Shown here piece after piece: positions 12,116-19,865 of a stretch of DNA of 64,000 bases. The notes beneath the pieces are model-generated. The model was not told the DNA's origin. It worked only from the letters and a program-made list of their open reading frames with translations, and did not search any database. Every line of letters begins with the position of its first letter. Position 1 is the stretch's first letter. The position numbers and the translations under genes were made by a program. The DNA is from an uncultured Acidobacteriota bacterium (GTDB taxonomy: Bacteria > Acidobacteriota > Thermoanaerobaculia > Multivoradales > JAHEKO01), in assembly GCA_963713825.1 (NCBI GenBank), contig CAVQNG010000034.1, forward strand, positions 1-64,000, read 5' to 3'.

Positions 12116-12429
12116 GGACCCCAGGGTAGCGCAATGTGGCGTTGGGTCTGGCCTGGGCCCCGACCAGCTCGGAGAGCCTCGACGCGCGCCCATCGGCCAC
12201 TCGATCCGACCACAGGGCAAAGTACTTCATTTTGATCGATCGCGCCGACAGTCGAGACTCGCCGATTTGCTGTAAATCCTTGAAATGATGAGAGATGCGT
12301 CCGTGGCCAGGTACTTGCACTGTTCTCAGGGTGGCTCCAGGTGAACCTGCTCGCGCTCGGCTTCCGGAGCCACCACGGCACTCTCGCAGGAGATCGGAGA
12401 AAAATAGATGAGAAACGACACGGGCATGA
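12116..12429 (+). repeat. ~314-bp direct repeat, copy 2 (sigma-54 promoter cassette)
   Basis: Near-identical to 9465-9778. Confidence 0.95.
12304..12319 (+). promoter_or_regulatory. Sigma-54 -24/-12 promoter
   Basis: TGGCCAGGTACTTGCA; IHF-like site at 12273-12285; candidate enhancer at 12225. Confidence 0.75.
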
Positions 12430-13394
12430 TCAAGATGAAGGCGGTTCGGAGAGCCTCGCGGCGTAGACTGATCTCCTCATGCTGGTGGCTGGCCTTTGTT
12501 CTATTCCTGTTCGTCGCGCCCGCAGTTGCTACCGCAGAGGCCGACCCGACCGAAGCACCGATGAACTCTCACGCGAGGCGCTACGGAGGCGGTTGGGAGT
12601 GCGATTGGGGCTACCGGAACGTCGATCAGTCCTGCTTAGCCGTCCAGGTGCCTCCGGATGCTTATCTGGACTCTTCCGGGAACGGATGGGAGTGCAGTCG
12701 AGGCTACCGGAAAGTGGGCGAAACCTGCGCCATGATCGAAGTACCAACTGAGGCCTTCCTGAGATCTGGCGGGGGTAGTTGGGAGTGCGCTCGAGGGTAC
12801 CGACGGGTGGACCAGTCCTGCGTTGCGGTCGAGGTGCCTGAGAACGCCTATCTAACCGACTCCTACGGCAGCGAATGGCAGTGCGATCGGGGTTATCGAC
12901 CGGTCAACGAGGCCTGCTCCGAGGTCGTCGCGCCTCCGAACGCATTCCTGAATTCGCGCGGACGCGATTGGAAGTGCGACCGAGGCTACCGGCGGGTCGA
13001 CCAGTCCTGCGTAGCAGTCAAGGTGCCTGCACACGGCTATCTCGACGCTGACGGTAGCGGCTTTATGTGCGAGCGGGGCTTCCAACAAAGCGGTAGCTTG
13101 TGCGCCTCCATCGAGATACCTCCACAAGCTCATCTCGTGCCCTCGGGAAGGGACTGGCAATGCGATCGTGGGTTCCGGAGAAGTCACGATTCGTGCGTCG
13201 CGGTCGAAGTGCCTGAGCACGGCTACCTCGACTCCATTGTGCGTGATTGGGAGTGCGAGCGGGGTTACGTGAAGACCGGCCTTTCGTGTCTGGCGTTGGT
13301 GGTACCAGCGAACGCTCACATCGGCTATTCCGGAAACGATTGGGCTTGCAACTCGGATCATCGGCGGCAGGGTGACGGCTGCACTGCGAACTAG
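12408..13394 (+). CDS. Secreted Cys-rich tandem-repeat protein (9 x ~31 aa)
   Basis: Basic/hydrophobic signal peptide followed by nine repeats of the form P-x-[NDH]-[AG]-[YFH]-L-x3-G-x2-W-x-C-x-RG[YF]-x6-C. Confidence 0.85.
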   Translation: MRNDTGMIKMKAVRRASRRRLISSCWWLAFVLFLFVAPAVATAEADPTEAPMNSHARRYGGGWECDWGYRNVDQSCLAVQVPPDAYLDSSGNGWECSRGYRKVGETCAMIEVPTEAFLRSGGGSWECARGYRRVDQSCVAVEVPENAYLTDSYGSEWQCDRGYRPVNEACSEVVAPPNAFLNSRGRDWKCDRGYRRVDQSCVAVKVPAHGYLDADGSGFMCERGFQQSGSLCASIEIPPQAHLVPSGRDWQCDRGFRRSHDSCVAVEVPEHGYLDSIVRDWECERGYVKTGLSCLALVVPANAHIGYSGNDWACNSDHRRQGDGCTAN

Positions 13395-13469
13395 ATGTAG
13401 AGGTCGGATGGGGATCCGAAGCAACCAGGGGAATTGCTCATCGACCCCTTTGCGACCCGAGGAGCGAAA

Positions 13470-14495
13470 ATGAGAGTCGATTCACGATCAAAAGGGGCTG
13501 GGGCTGTGAAACTGCCCGATGTCGAGCCACTCGTGGGTAGGAAGAATGAGAGCGACGCCGATCGTTTGCGGAGGACGACGACTCCGGAGGTCATGAGCGT
13601 GGAGCTGGTGTCGGCATTTGCCGGAGACCGCGACTTGACCGAAACCGATCGCAATCTCATTCGTTTGCAGAAGATGGTCAGGGGCGACGAATTCTACTCG
13701 GATCTGCTTTATGCAATCTCTCACCACTACTTCGCCCCCGAGATCGCAGCGACTCTGTGGCAGGAAATCCTCTCACACAAGCACCTGATTTCGGTGCAAC
13801 TTGGCAGGAACGTGCGCGTTACTGTCGCCACTTTGGACTATCTCTCGAACATCACGAGTGAGCTGCCGAACCCGACTCTCATCACCGAGACCTACGTCTC
13901 GGAAATAGCCAGTCTCGCGATGCGCGACGGGATGACAGGCCTCTTCAACCACTCGACCTGCTACGAATTGCTGGAGTTGGAGCTCAGAAACCACCGGCGA
14001 TACGGCGTTGGCGTGTCCCTATTGCTTCTGGACATCGATGACTTCAAGTCCGTGAACGATAGGAAGGGCCATCAAGAGGGAGACAGGATTCTGGTCGAGC
14101 TCGCCAGGACCCTGACAGAGCAGGCGAGAGATACCGATATCTGTTGTCGCCTTGGCGGTGATGAGTTCGTGGTCATTCTGCGTCTGACGAACGATCCGAA
14201 GGAGGCGTTCAATATGGCCGAGAGGATCAGAGCGCAGGTCGCCACCATCGCCTGTAATGGTCAACGACTGGCCATCAGCGTTGGAGTGGCCTTGTGCGAT
14301 CACCTGACCAACTCGCCGCGAGCGCTTGTTGAAAGAGCAGATCGAGCCCTGCACAAGGCGAAGATGGACGGCAAGGATCGGGTCATCCTGGCTGGTCGAG
14401 ACCGTACAGACCTCGTTGGGGAGCAGGCCACCGATAGGCTGGCCTCTCCTATTTCTGATCCGCGCGATTGGCTCGAACGAGACCCCAGCTCTTGA
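13470..14495 (+). CDS. Diguanylate cyclase (GGDEF)
   Basis: DGMTGLFN, LDIDDFKSVND, GHQEGD, RLGGDEF; GGAG RBS before ATG 13470. Confidence 0.92.
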   Translation: MRVDSRSKGAGAVKLPDVEPLVGRKNESDADRLRRTTTPEVMSVELVSAFAGDRDLTETDRNLIRLQKMVRGDEFYSDLLYAISHHYFAPEIAATLWQEILSHKHLISVQLGRNVRVTVATLDYLSNITSELPNPTLITETYVSEIASLAMRDGMTGLFNHSTCYELLELELRNHRRYGVGVSLLLLDIDDFKSVNDRKGHQEGDRILVELARTLTEQARDTDICCRLGGDEFVVILRLTNDPKEAFNMAERIRAQVATIACNGQRLAISVGVALCDHLTNSPRALVERADRALHKAKMDGKDRVILAGRDRTDLVGEQATDRLASPISDPRDWLERDPSS

Positions 14496-16101
14496 GTCTT
14501 CGGTACAGCGTCACCGAGCCGATTCGCAGCTGTTCGGCGGTGCGTGTCCGGTTTCCGTCGTTGAGTTTCAGGACCGCAAGGATGTACTCCTTCTCGACAT
14601 CGGCCAGCGACTGCACTACTCCTGCGCTGACTATCGGCTTGGGAAACGCCTGGCGGATCTCCTCGGGCAGATCGTCGAGGCCGACGCGACTTCCACGCGC
14701 CAGCGCGACAGCGCGCTCCATGGCGTTCTCGAGCTCGCGCACGTTGCCCGGCCAGTCGTAGCGCAGTAGCTGATCGGCAGCCTGCGGGGAGAGGCCTGAG
14801 ATCTCACGAGCCATCCGAACTACCGCGTCCGCGAGCAGCACGCGGGCGAGCGGCAAAATGTCGTCTCTGCGATCACGCAGAGGGGGAACGTGCAGCTCGA
14901 CGACCTTGAGCCGGTAGTAGAGGTCCTGCCGGAAGCCGCCTTCTGCGACTTCATGGGCCAGATCACGGTTGGTGGCAGCCAGGACCCGCACATCCACTGG
15001 CCGGCTCTTGTTCTCCCCGACCCGACGGATCTCCTTCTCCTGAAGCACCCGCAAGAGTTTGACTTGCATGCCCGGAGAAACATCGCCGATCTCGTCGAGC
15101 AGCAAGCTGCCGCGGTTGGCCGCTTCGAACAGGCCGGGCCGATCCGATGCCGCGCCGGTGAACGCGCCGCGCTTGTGTCCGAAGAGCTCACTCTCGAGGA
15201 GGGTCTCGGTGATGGCGCCGCAATTGACGGCGATGAAAGGTCCCGCTGCGCGGGTCGACTCGTCGTGGACGAGCCGCGCGACTCGCTCCTTCCCGACTCC
15301 GCTCTCGCCGGTTATCAGCACCGTCGCATCGACTTTGGCCACCCGTTGTGCCAGGTCCACCACCTGCTGCATCTTCGGGCTCTTGGTTACGAGCCCCAGC
15401 GGCTCGTCCACGTCGCGTGCGATGCGCACCAAGGCTCGACGGTGCGCTCGGAGCTTCTCCTCGGCGGCCTTCAAAGTCTCCGTGACCCTGCTGAGCGAAA
15501 CATCGAGGCATTCCTCGAGGCGCCCAGTGTCGAAGAACGCCAGCGCATCGGCGTGTTCTTCACCCCACTCTTCGCGGGTGCGTCCCAGGAGGTGGCACGC
15601 CGCGTGCCCCTCGCCCAAACAGCGATTCTCGATCACGTAGGTTTCCTGGCCGGTGGTGTGGCTTACGTAGCCGCTCATGAGGCCGCAAATAGTCCAGCAC
15701 ACCGCCGAATCGGAGCGACCGAAGTGGAGGAGATGCTGCTCCGCCTCGTAGGAGGCCAACAGCACCGCCCCCTCCTTGGTGAGCGGGTCCTCACTTCCCG
15801 ACTGGGTGCGGAAAAGTCCCTCGAGGGCGTAGATCTGGGGTCCGGCGCGACGCCACTCCTCGGCGTCTTCCCACTCGAATTCCTTCTTCATGGCTGCAGC
15901 CATGCGCCAGCCGTGGGCGAAACCAAACTGAGTGAGCACCGTGCGGGCAGCGGTGAGGCCAAAGTTCTCGACGAGATAGTGCCGCAAGAGTCCCATCGCC
16001 ACAGCGTCGACCAGGAGCGCACGCTGTCCGGCGAAACGAATTACGCCTCCCTCCGCGTCCAGTTCCAGGAGTTCCTTGTGATGCAGATCCTCGACGCGCA
16101 T
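14449..16101 (-). CDS. Sigma-54-dependent enhancer-binding protein with XylR_N/V4R sensory domain
   Basis: N-terminal XylR_N/V4R features (CWTICG, ENRC...HAAC); GESGVGKE, ESELFGH, GAFTGA, LLDEIG, WPGNVREL; C-terminal HTH. Confidence 0.95.
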   Translation of the reverse strand: MRVEDLHHKELLELDAEGGVIRFAGQRALLVDAVAMGLLRHYLVENFGLTAARTVLTQFGFAHGWRMAAAMKKEFEWEDAEEWRRAGPQIYALEGLFRTQSGSEDPLTKEGAVLLASYEAEQHLLHFGRSDSAVCWTICGLMSGYVSHTTGQETYVIENRCLGEGHAACHLLGRTREEWGEEHADALAFFDTGRLEECLDVSLSRVTETLKAAEEKLRAHRRALVRIARDVDEPLGLVTKSPKMQQVVDLAQRVAKVDATVLITGESGVGKERVARLVHDESTRAAGPFIAVNCGAITETLLESELFGHKRGAFTGAASDRPGLFEAANRGSLLLDEIGDVSPGMQVKLLRVLQEKEIRRVGENKSRPVDVRVLAATNRDLAHEVAEGGFRQDLYYRLKVVELHVPPLRDRRDDILPLARVLLADAVVRMAREISGLSPQAADQLLRYDWPGNVRELENAMERAVALARGSRVGLDDLPEEIRQAFPKPIVSAGVVQSLADVEKEYILAVLKLNDGNRTRTAEQLRIGSVTLYRRLKSWGLVRANRADQK

Positions 16102-16110
16102 GGGTCACCT

Positions 16111-16150
16111 CTTTCAAATTGAAAGTACCATACCTTCATTTCGACCGACC
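16111..16150. promoter_or_regulatory. Candidate paired upstream activating sequences
   Basis: Perfect palindrome CTTTCAA-A-TTGAAAG (16111-16125), with the related TTCATTTCGAC 22 bp downstream. Confidence 0.55.
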
Positions 16151-16210
16151 CTGTGAGCAGTCGGATCCAGGCGTGACCAAACTGCCTAAAGTCAAAGGGA
16201 GATCGATCTG

Positions 16211-16226
16211 TGGCCGGGGAATTGCA
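16211..16226 (+). promoter_or_regulatory. Sigma-54 -24/-12 promoter divergent from the activator
   Basis: TGGCCGGGGAATTGCA (GG-N10-GC). Confidence 0.75.
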
Positions 16227-16315
16227 ACAAGAACAATAAGAATCAGTATGGCGGCAGCAGACGTCGCAAGCCCGCAGTGGGGGCGGGAGCAGGTGCCCGA
16301 TGGAAGGGAGAGAAG

Positions 16316-16540
16316 ATGCTGGACAGGCTGCAAAACGAAGGCGCCTTGGCCGACTGGGAGAACGAAGGAGGTCACATTCAGGCACAGCCTCGGCACCGCG
16401 ATGGGTACGAGGAGCGCGAGGAGACATCAGGCAGGGATCGCCCAGAGGAACGGGGTGATGAGCGCTGTCGAGGCGTTCAGACGGCAGCGCGCCAGCGTGG
16501 GGCCCTAGCGTTCGAGGCGGGACAGGGAGCCCGCCAATGA
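16316..16540 (+). CDS. Small hypothetical protein with WENEGG motif
   Basis: GGGAG RBS, MLDRLQNEGALADWENEGG; its stop overlaps the pirin start (ATGA). Confidence 0.55.
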   Translation: MLDRLQNEGALADWENEGGHIQAQPRHRDGYEEREETSGRDRPEERGDERCRGVQTAARQRGALAFEAGQGARQ

Positions 16541-17277
16541 TCGCGCTCCGCAGGGCCAACCAGCGCCACTATGACCAGCGGCGCAAACAGGAGATCTGGC
16601 TCACATTCGACCGACGGAACCGAGCAGACCCATTTGCCGACGGTTTCGGGAACCTCGAGAGCCTCAGCGAGAAACGCCTGCCGCCGGGCACAAGCGCCTT
16701 ACGACACCCGCATCACAATGCGGAGACCGTTACCTACGTCCGCGAGGGCGCGCTTGCCTACGAGGATTCGACGGGTCGCTCGGGTGTGCTGCTCGCCGGC
16801 GAGTTCCAGTGCCTGACCTCTGGGCGCGGTATTCGGCGCAGCGAGACGAATGCGTCGCGCACCAGCGGCTTGCAGGTGTTTCAGGTCGAGCTGAGCTCGT
16901 CTGGGGCTGAGCTCGAGTCCGGTGAGGAGCAGAAACGCTTCAGCACGGCGGAGCGTCGAGGAGAGTTGTGCGTCATCGCCTCGCCCGACGCACGGAGAGG
17001 CTCGCTACCCATCCACCAGGACGCCCTGATGTACTCGGCCTTGCTCAACGCCGGTCAGCACGTGATCCACGAGATTTCGCAGGGGCGAAGTGTGTGGCTC
17101 CACCTGGTCCAGGGAGAGGCGACCTTCGCCAATGTCGTCCTGACCACGGGCGACGGCGTCGGAGTCAGAGCGGAGAGCGCGATGTCACTGACCGCGCGGG
17201 AAGAGACCGAGATCCTGCTTTTCGACCTCGGCGAACAGTCGCCGAGGTCTGGCAAGAAGAAGGTGCGAGATTCGTGA
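16537..17277 (+). CDS. Pirin family protein (YhhW-like cupin)
   Basis: HPH..ETVTYVREG, GEFQCLTSGRGIRRSETN, SLPIHQDA, WLHLVQG, EILLFDL; the third metal-binding His appears replaced (RRSE). Confidence 0.88.
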   Translation: MIALRRANQRHYDQRRKQEIWLTFDRRNRADPFADGFGNLESLSEKRLPPGTSALRHPHHNAETVTYVREGALAYEDSTGRSGVLLAGEFQCLTSGRGIRRSETNASRTSGLQVFQVELSSSGAELESGEEQKRFSTAERRGELCVIASPDARRGSLPIHQDALMYSALLNAGQHVIHEISQGRSVWLHLVQGEATFANVVLTTGDGVGVRAESAMSLTAREETEILLFDLGEQSPRSGKKKVRDS

Positions 17278-17347
17278 TCGTCGGTCTCGCCGAAGCCTTT
17301 AGGGCTTCGGGAAGAACCACAATTACCTGCTGAAAGGGAGACAGGCT

Positions 17348-17476
17348 ATGGGAGACAAGAGTCAGAAGGACAAGGAAAAGGGCCGGAAACAGAAAGTCGC
17401 AAAAGAAGCAAAGAAGGAGACAAGCAGGCGGGAGAAGCAAGCCAAGGCACCAGGCTTCAGTACGCTAACCAGATAG
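17348..17476 (+). CDS. 42-aa Lys-rich small protein (not in the ORF track)
   Basis: MGDKSQKDKEKGRKQKVAKEAKKETSRREKQAKAPGFSTLTR*, preceded by AAGGGAG RBS. Confidence 0.6.
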   Translation: MGDKSQKDKEKGRKQKVAKEAKKETSRREKQAKAPGFSTLTR

Positions 17477-17598
17477 GTAAAAGCCCTTCGGTAGGGGTGA
17501 GGTGCTTCAGCGAGGTTCACGTAGCCAGTTACGCTGCGGGGTCCGCCTTGCAGGGGTCAACACCCTGAAATCGAAGGCTACTCGAGCCAATTGGGAGA

Positions 17599-18051
17599 AT
17601 GAACATGGGTAAGACTATTGCTGAAATTGTTGGCGAGAATCGGGCAAAGTTCTCGGTAGATGCCGACCAGACAGTCGGCCAGGTGATCGAATATATGTAT
17701 GGCAACAAGGTGGGGGCTGTCGCGGTCTGTGACGGGGACAATGTCGTCGGGGTCTTTTCAGAGAGAGATCTGCTCAGGCGGGTTGTGCATGAAGCTCTCG
17801 ACCCAGATCGGGTCGCCATCCAAGACGTCATGACCAGCCCGGTGTTTTGGATCTCCATGGACGAACGCTACGAGGTGGCAAAGGCGATCATGGTCGACAA
17901 GGACGTGCGCCATTTAGTAGTCAAGGATGGCAAGCGCAGGTTTCGGGGCTTTGTCTCTTCGCGAGAGCTCCTGGAGGCTGACCTTTGGGATTCTCGAGAC
18001 CTCGTGGGCAAACTGAACGATGACTACTACGCTCATCAGTTTCAGCCCTAG
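17599..18051 (+). CDS. CBS-domain-pair protein
   Basis: VGAVAV, VGVFSERDLLRRV, VMTSP, VRHLVV. Confidence 0.9.
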   Translation: MNMGKTIAEIVGENRAKFSVDADQTVGQVIEYMYGNKVGAVAVCDGDNVVGVFSERDLLRRVVHEALDPDRVAIQDVMTSPVFWISMDERYEVAKAIMVDKDVRHLVVKDGKRRFRGFVSSRELLEADLWDSRDLVGKLNDDYYAHQFQP

Positions 18052-18120
18052 ATCAACAAGGGCGATTCGCTTGCCCGAGAAACCTCACGCGGCGCCCGAA
18101 GCGATCGAGTGGTCCCTTCA

Positions 18121-18270
18121 GACGACTGCACTGTGGAATTCGACCAGCGAGGAGTTATTCGTCCGCCACTGCCAGGATGCGACACCGGTTCCGTCGAGGT
18201 AGGAGTAGGTTCCTTCGCCGACGGCTTCGAGTCCGGTGACCCCTCCGCCTGGTCCAGCACGGTTCAGTAG
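18121..18270 (+). pseudogene. 3' fragment of a choice-of-anchor-Q-like exported protein gene
   Basis: In frame DDCTVEFDQRGVIRPPLPGCDTGSVEVGVGSFADGFESGDPSAWSSTVQ*; no matching 5' part upstream. Confidence 0.65.
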
Positions 18271-18419
18271 TCAGCTCAGCCCCTCTTGATCTTCCAGCCG
18301 CGCCTCGCGCCCGGCCGTCTCTTGCCCGCAGGTTTCGGGGGGAGTCCCCAACGCGGGATCACGCCGCCCGCCGTGTACCGTCCACCGGAAACCACCTCTC
18401 AATCGGAATCCGCGAGGCG

Positions 18420-18462
18420 TCAAGTCCCCTTGGGGACACTATTTGTTTTCAGTAACTTACAG
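18420..18462 (+). other. tRNA-3'-end-like (att-like) motif followed by an IHF-like AT tract
   Basis: TCAAGTCCCCTTGGGGACACTA resembles the tRNA-Glu 3' end (TCGAATCCCCTAGGGGACGCCA), then TTTGTTTTCAGTAACTTAC. Confidence 0.4.
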
Positions 18463-18668
18463 ATCTTGACTCAATCCCCGACGCTTCCAGGTAATCAAAG
18501 GGAAAGCACCGGGGCAGGTCAGCAGCCAATTCCACAGGAGGTCAACTCTTCCCGTGGTACTATCATGGCAGCAGTAAACTGACTTAGCGGGGACCTCTCG
18601 TTGACACTCGGCCAAACCTGGCCGGCAAGATTCTGTCGCCTCCTCTGAGCCCATCTCGAGGAGGGACG

Positions 18669-19865
18669 ATGTCCCAAGAACCGCTATTCACGCCGCCACA
18701 CATACTGGAGCCCCCTAGTGGACGCGCGGCCCAAGCCGCTGCGGTGTTGTCCGTGACACCAGCCAACGGTCGACAAGTGCGCGTCGCGACCGCAGTCGTG
18801 TACTGCGAGGGCAACTTCGGTGCCAGCGACGGCAAGACCGCCAACGGGCTCGTTCGCCACTCGGAGAAGTACGCGATCCGCTCGGTCATCGACAGCGAAA
18901 AGGCTGGCTTGGATGCCGGTTCGGTGCTCGACGGGGAGCCGAACGGCATCCCCATCTGTCGCGACCTCGTCGAGGCATTGGCGCAGTCGGAAGATCTGCC
19001 CGACTACTTCATCTTCGGGATTGCGCCGGCCAGCGGCACATTGTCGACCTACGAGCGCGGCCTCGTGCTCGAGGCCATAGGACTTGGGATGAACGTCGTG
19101 AACGGCCTGCATGAGTTCCTGAACGACGACCCAGAGTTCAGCGCGGCCAGCGCAGCGAGCCATGTGGAGATCCTCGACGTCCGCAAGCCCCGCCCCAAGA
19201 AGGACCTGCGGTTGTTCAGCGGTGACATCGCCCTGGTCACCTGCCCGCGCATTGCCGTGCTCGGAACCGACTGCGCCATCGGCAAACGCACGACTTCCAC
19301 CATCCTGGCCCATGCCCTCAACGCCAGCGGTTTGAAGGCGGTGATGGTCGGCACAGGCCAGACGGGGCTGATTCAAGGTGCCCGTTACGGCATCGCGCTG
19401 GATGCCGTCCCCTCCCAGTTCTGCTCGGGTGAGCTCGAGGCGACGATCATCGAGGCGTTCGAGGGCGAGGACCCCGACGTGATCATCATCGAAGGGCAAG
19501 GAGCCTTGAGTCATCCCGCCTACTCGACTTCTGCCTTCATCCTGCGCGGCAGCTGCCCTGACGCCGTCGTGCTGCAGCACGCACCTGGGCGGCCCCATCG
19601 CTGCGACTTCGAACAGATGACGATGCCAACGCCAGCCAGCGAGATCCATCTCATCGAAACCTTCGCTGACACCAAGGTCATCGGCCTCACGATCAACCAT
19701 GAGCACATGACCGACTTCGAGGTCGCCGCGGCTATAAGACGCTACGAGCGCGAGCTCGGCATCCCCGCCACCGATGCGCTGAGCCGCCCGACTGAGCATC
19801 TGGTGGACATGGTCCTGGCGGCGTTCCCAGAGCTCGCTGAGAAACAAATGGCCGCAGCGGGATGA
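18669..19865 (+). CDS. DUF1611 family P-loop protein (DgcN-like)
   Basis: DGKTANGL, VNGLHEFL, GTDCAIGKRTT, GTGQTG, IEGQGAL.HP. Confidence 0.88.
   Translation: MSQEPLFTPPHILEPPSGRAAQAAAVLSVTPANGRQVRVATAVVYCEGNFGASDGKTANGLVRHSEKYAIRSVIDSEKAGLDAGSVLDGEPNGIPICRDLVEALAQSEDLPDYFIFGIAPASGTLSTYERGLVLEAIGLGMNVVNGLHEFLNDDPEFSAASAASHVEILDVRKPRPKKDLRLFSGDIALVTCPRIAVLGTDCAIGKRTTSTILAHALNASGLKAVMVGTGQTGLIQGARYGIALDAVPSQFCSGELEATIIEAFEGEDPDVIIIEGQGALSHPAYSTSAFILRGSCPDAVVLQHAPGRPHRCDFEQMTMPTPASEIHLIETFADTKVIGLTINHEHMTDFEVAAAIRRYERELGIPATDALSRPTEHLVDMVLAAFPELAEKQMAAAG

Noticed and set aside
13423-13438. GGGGAATTGC upstream of the GGDEF gene, similar to the promoter at 16211
   Set aside because: Lacks the invariant -24 GG.
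17537-17552. CGGGGTCCGCCTTGCA upstream of the CBS gene
   Set aside because: Weak -24 element and no associated enhancer motif seen.
18344-18441. Intact tRNA or tmRNA gene
   Set aside because: No D-arm or anticodon arm, imperfect T-arm, ends in CTA; retained only as an att-like relic.
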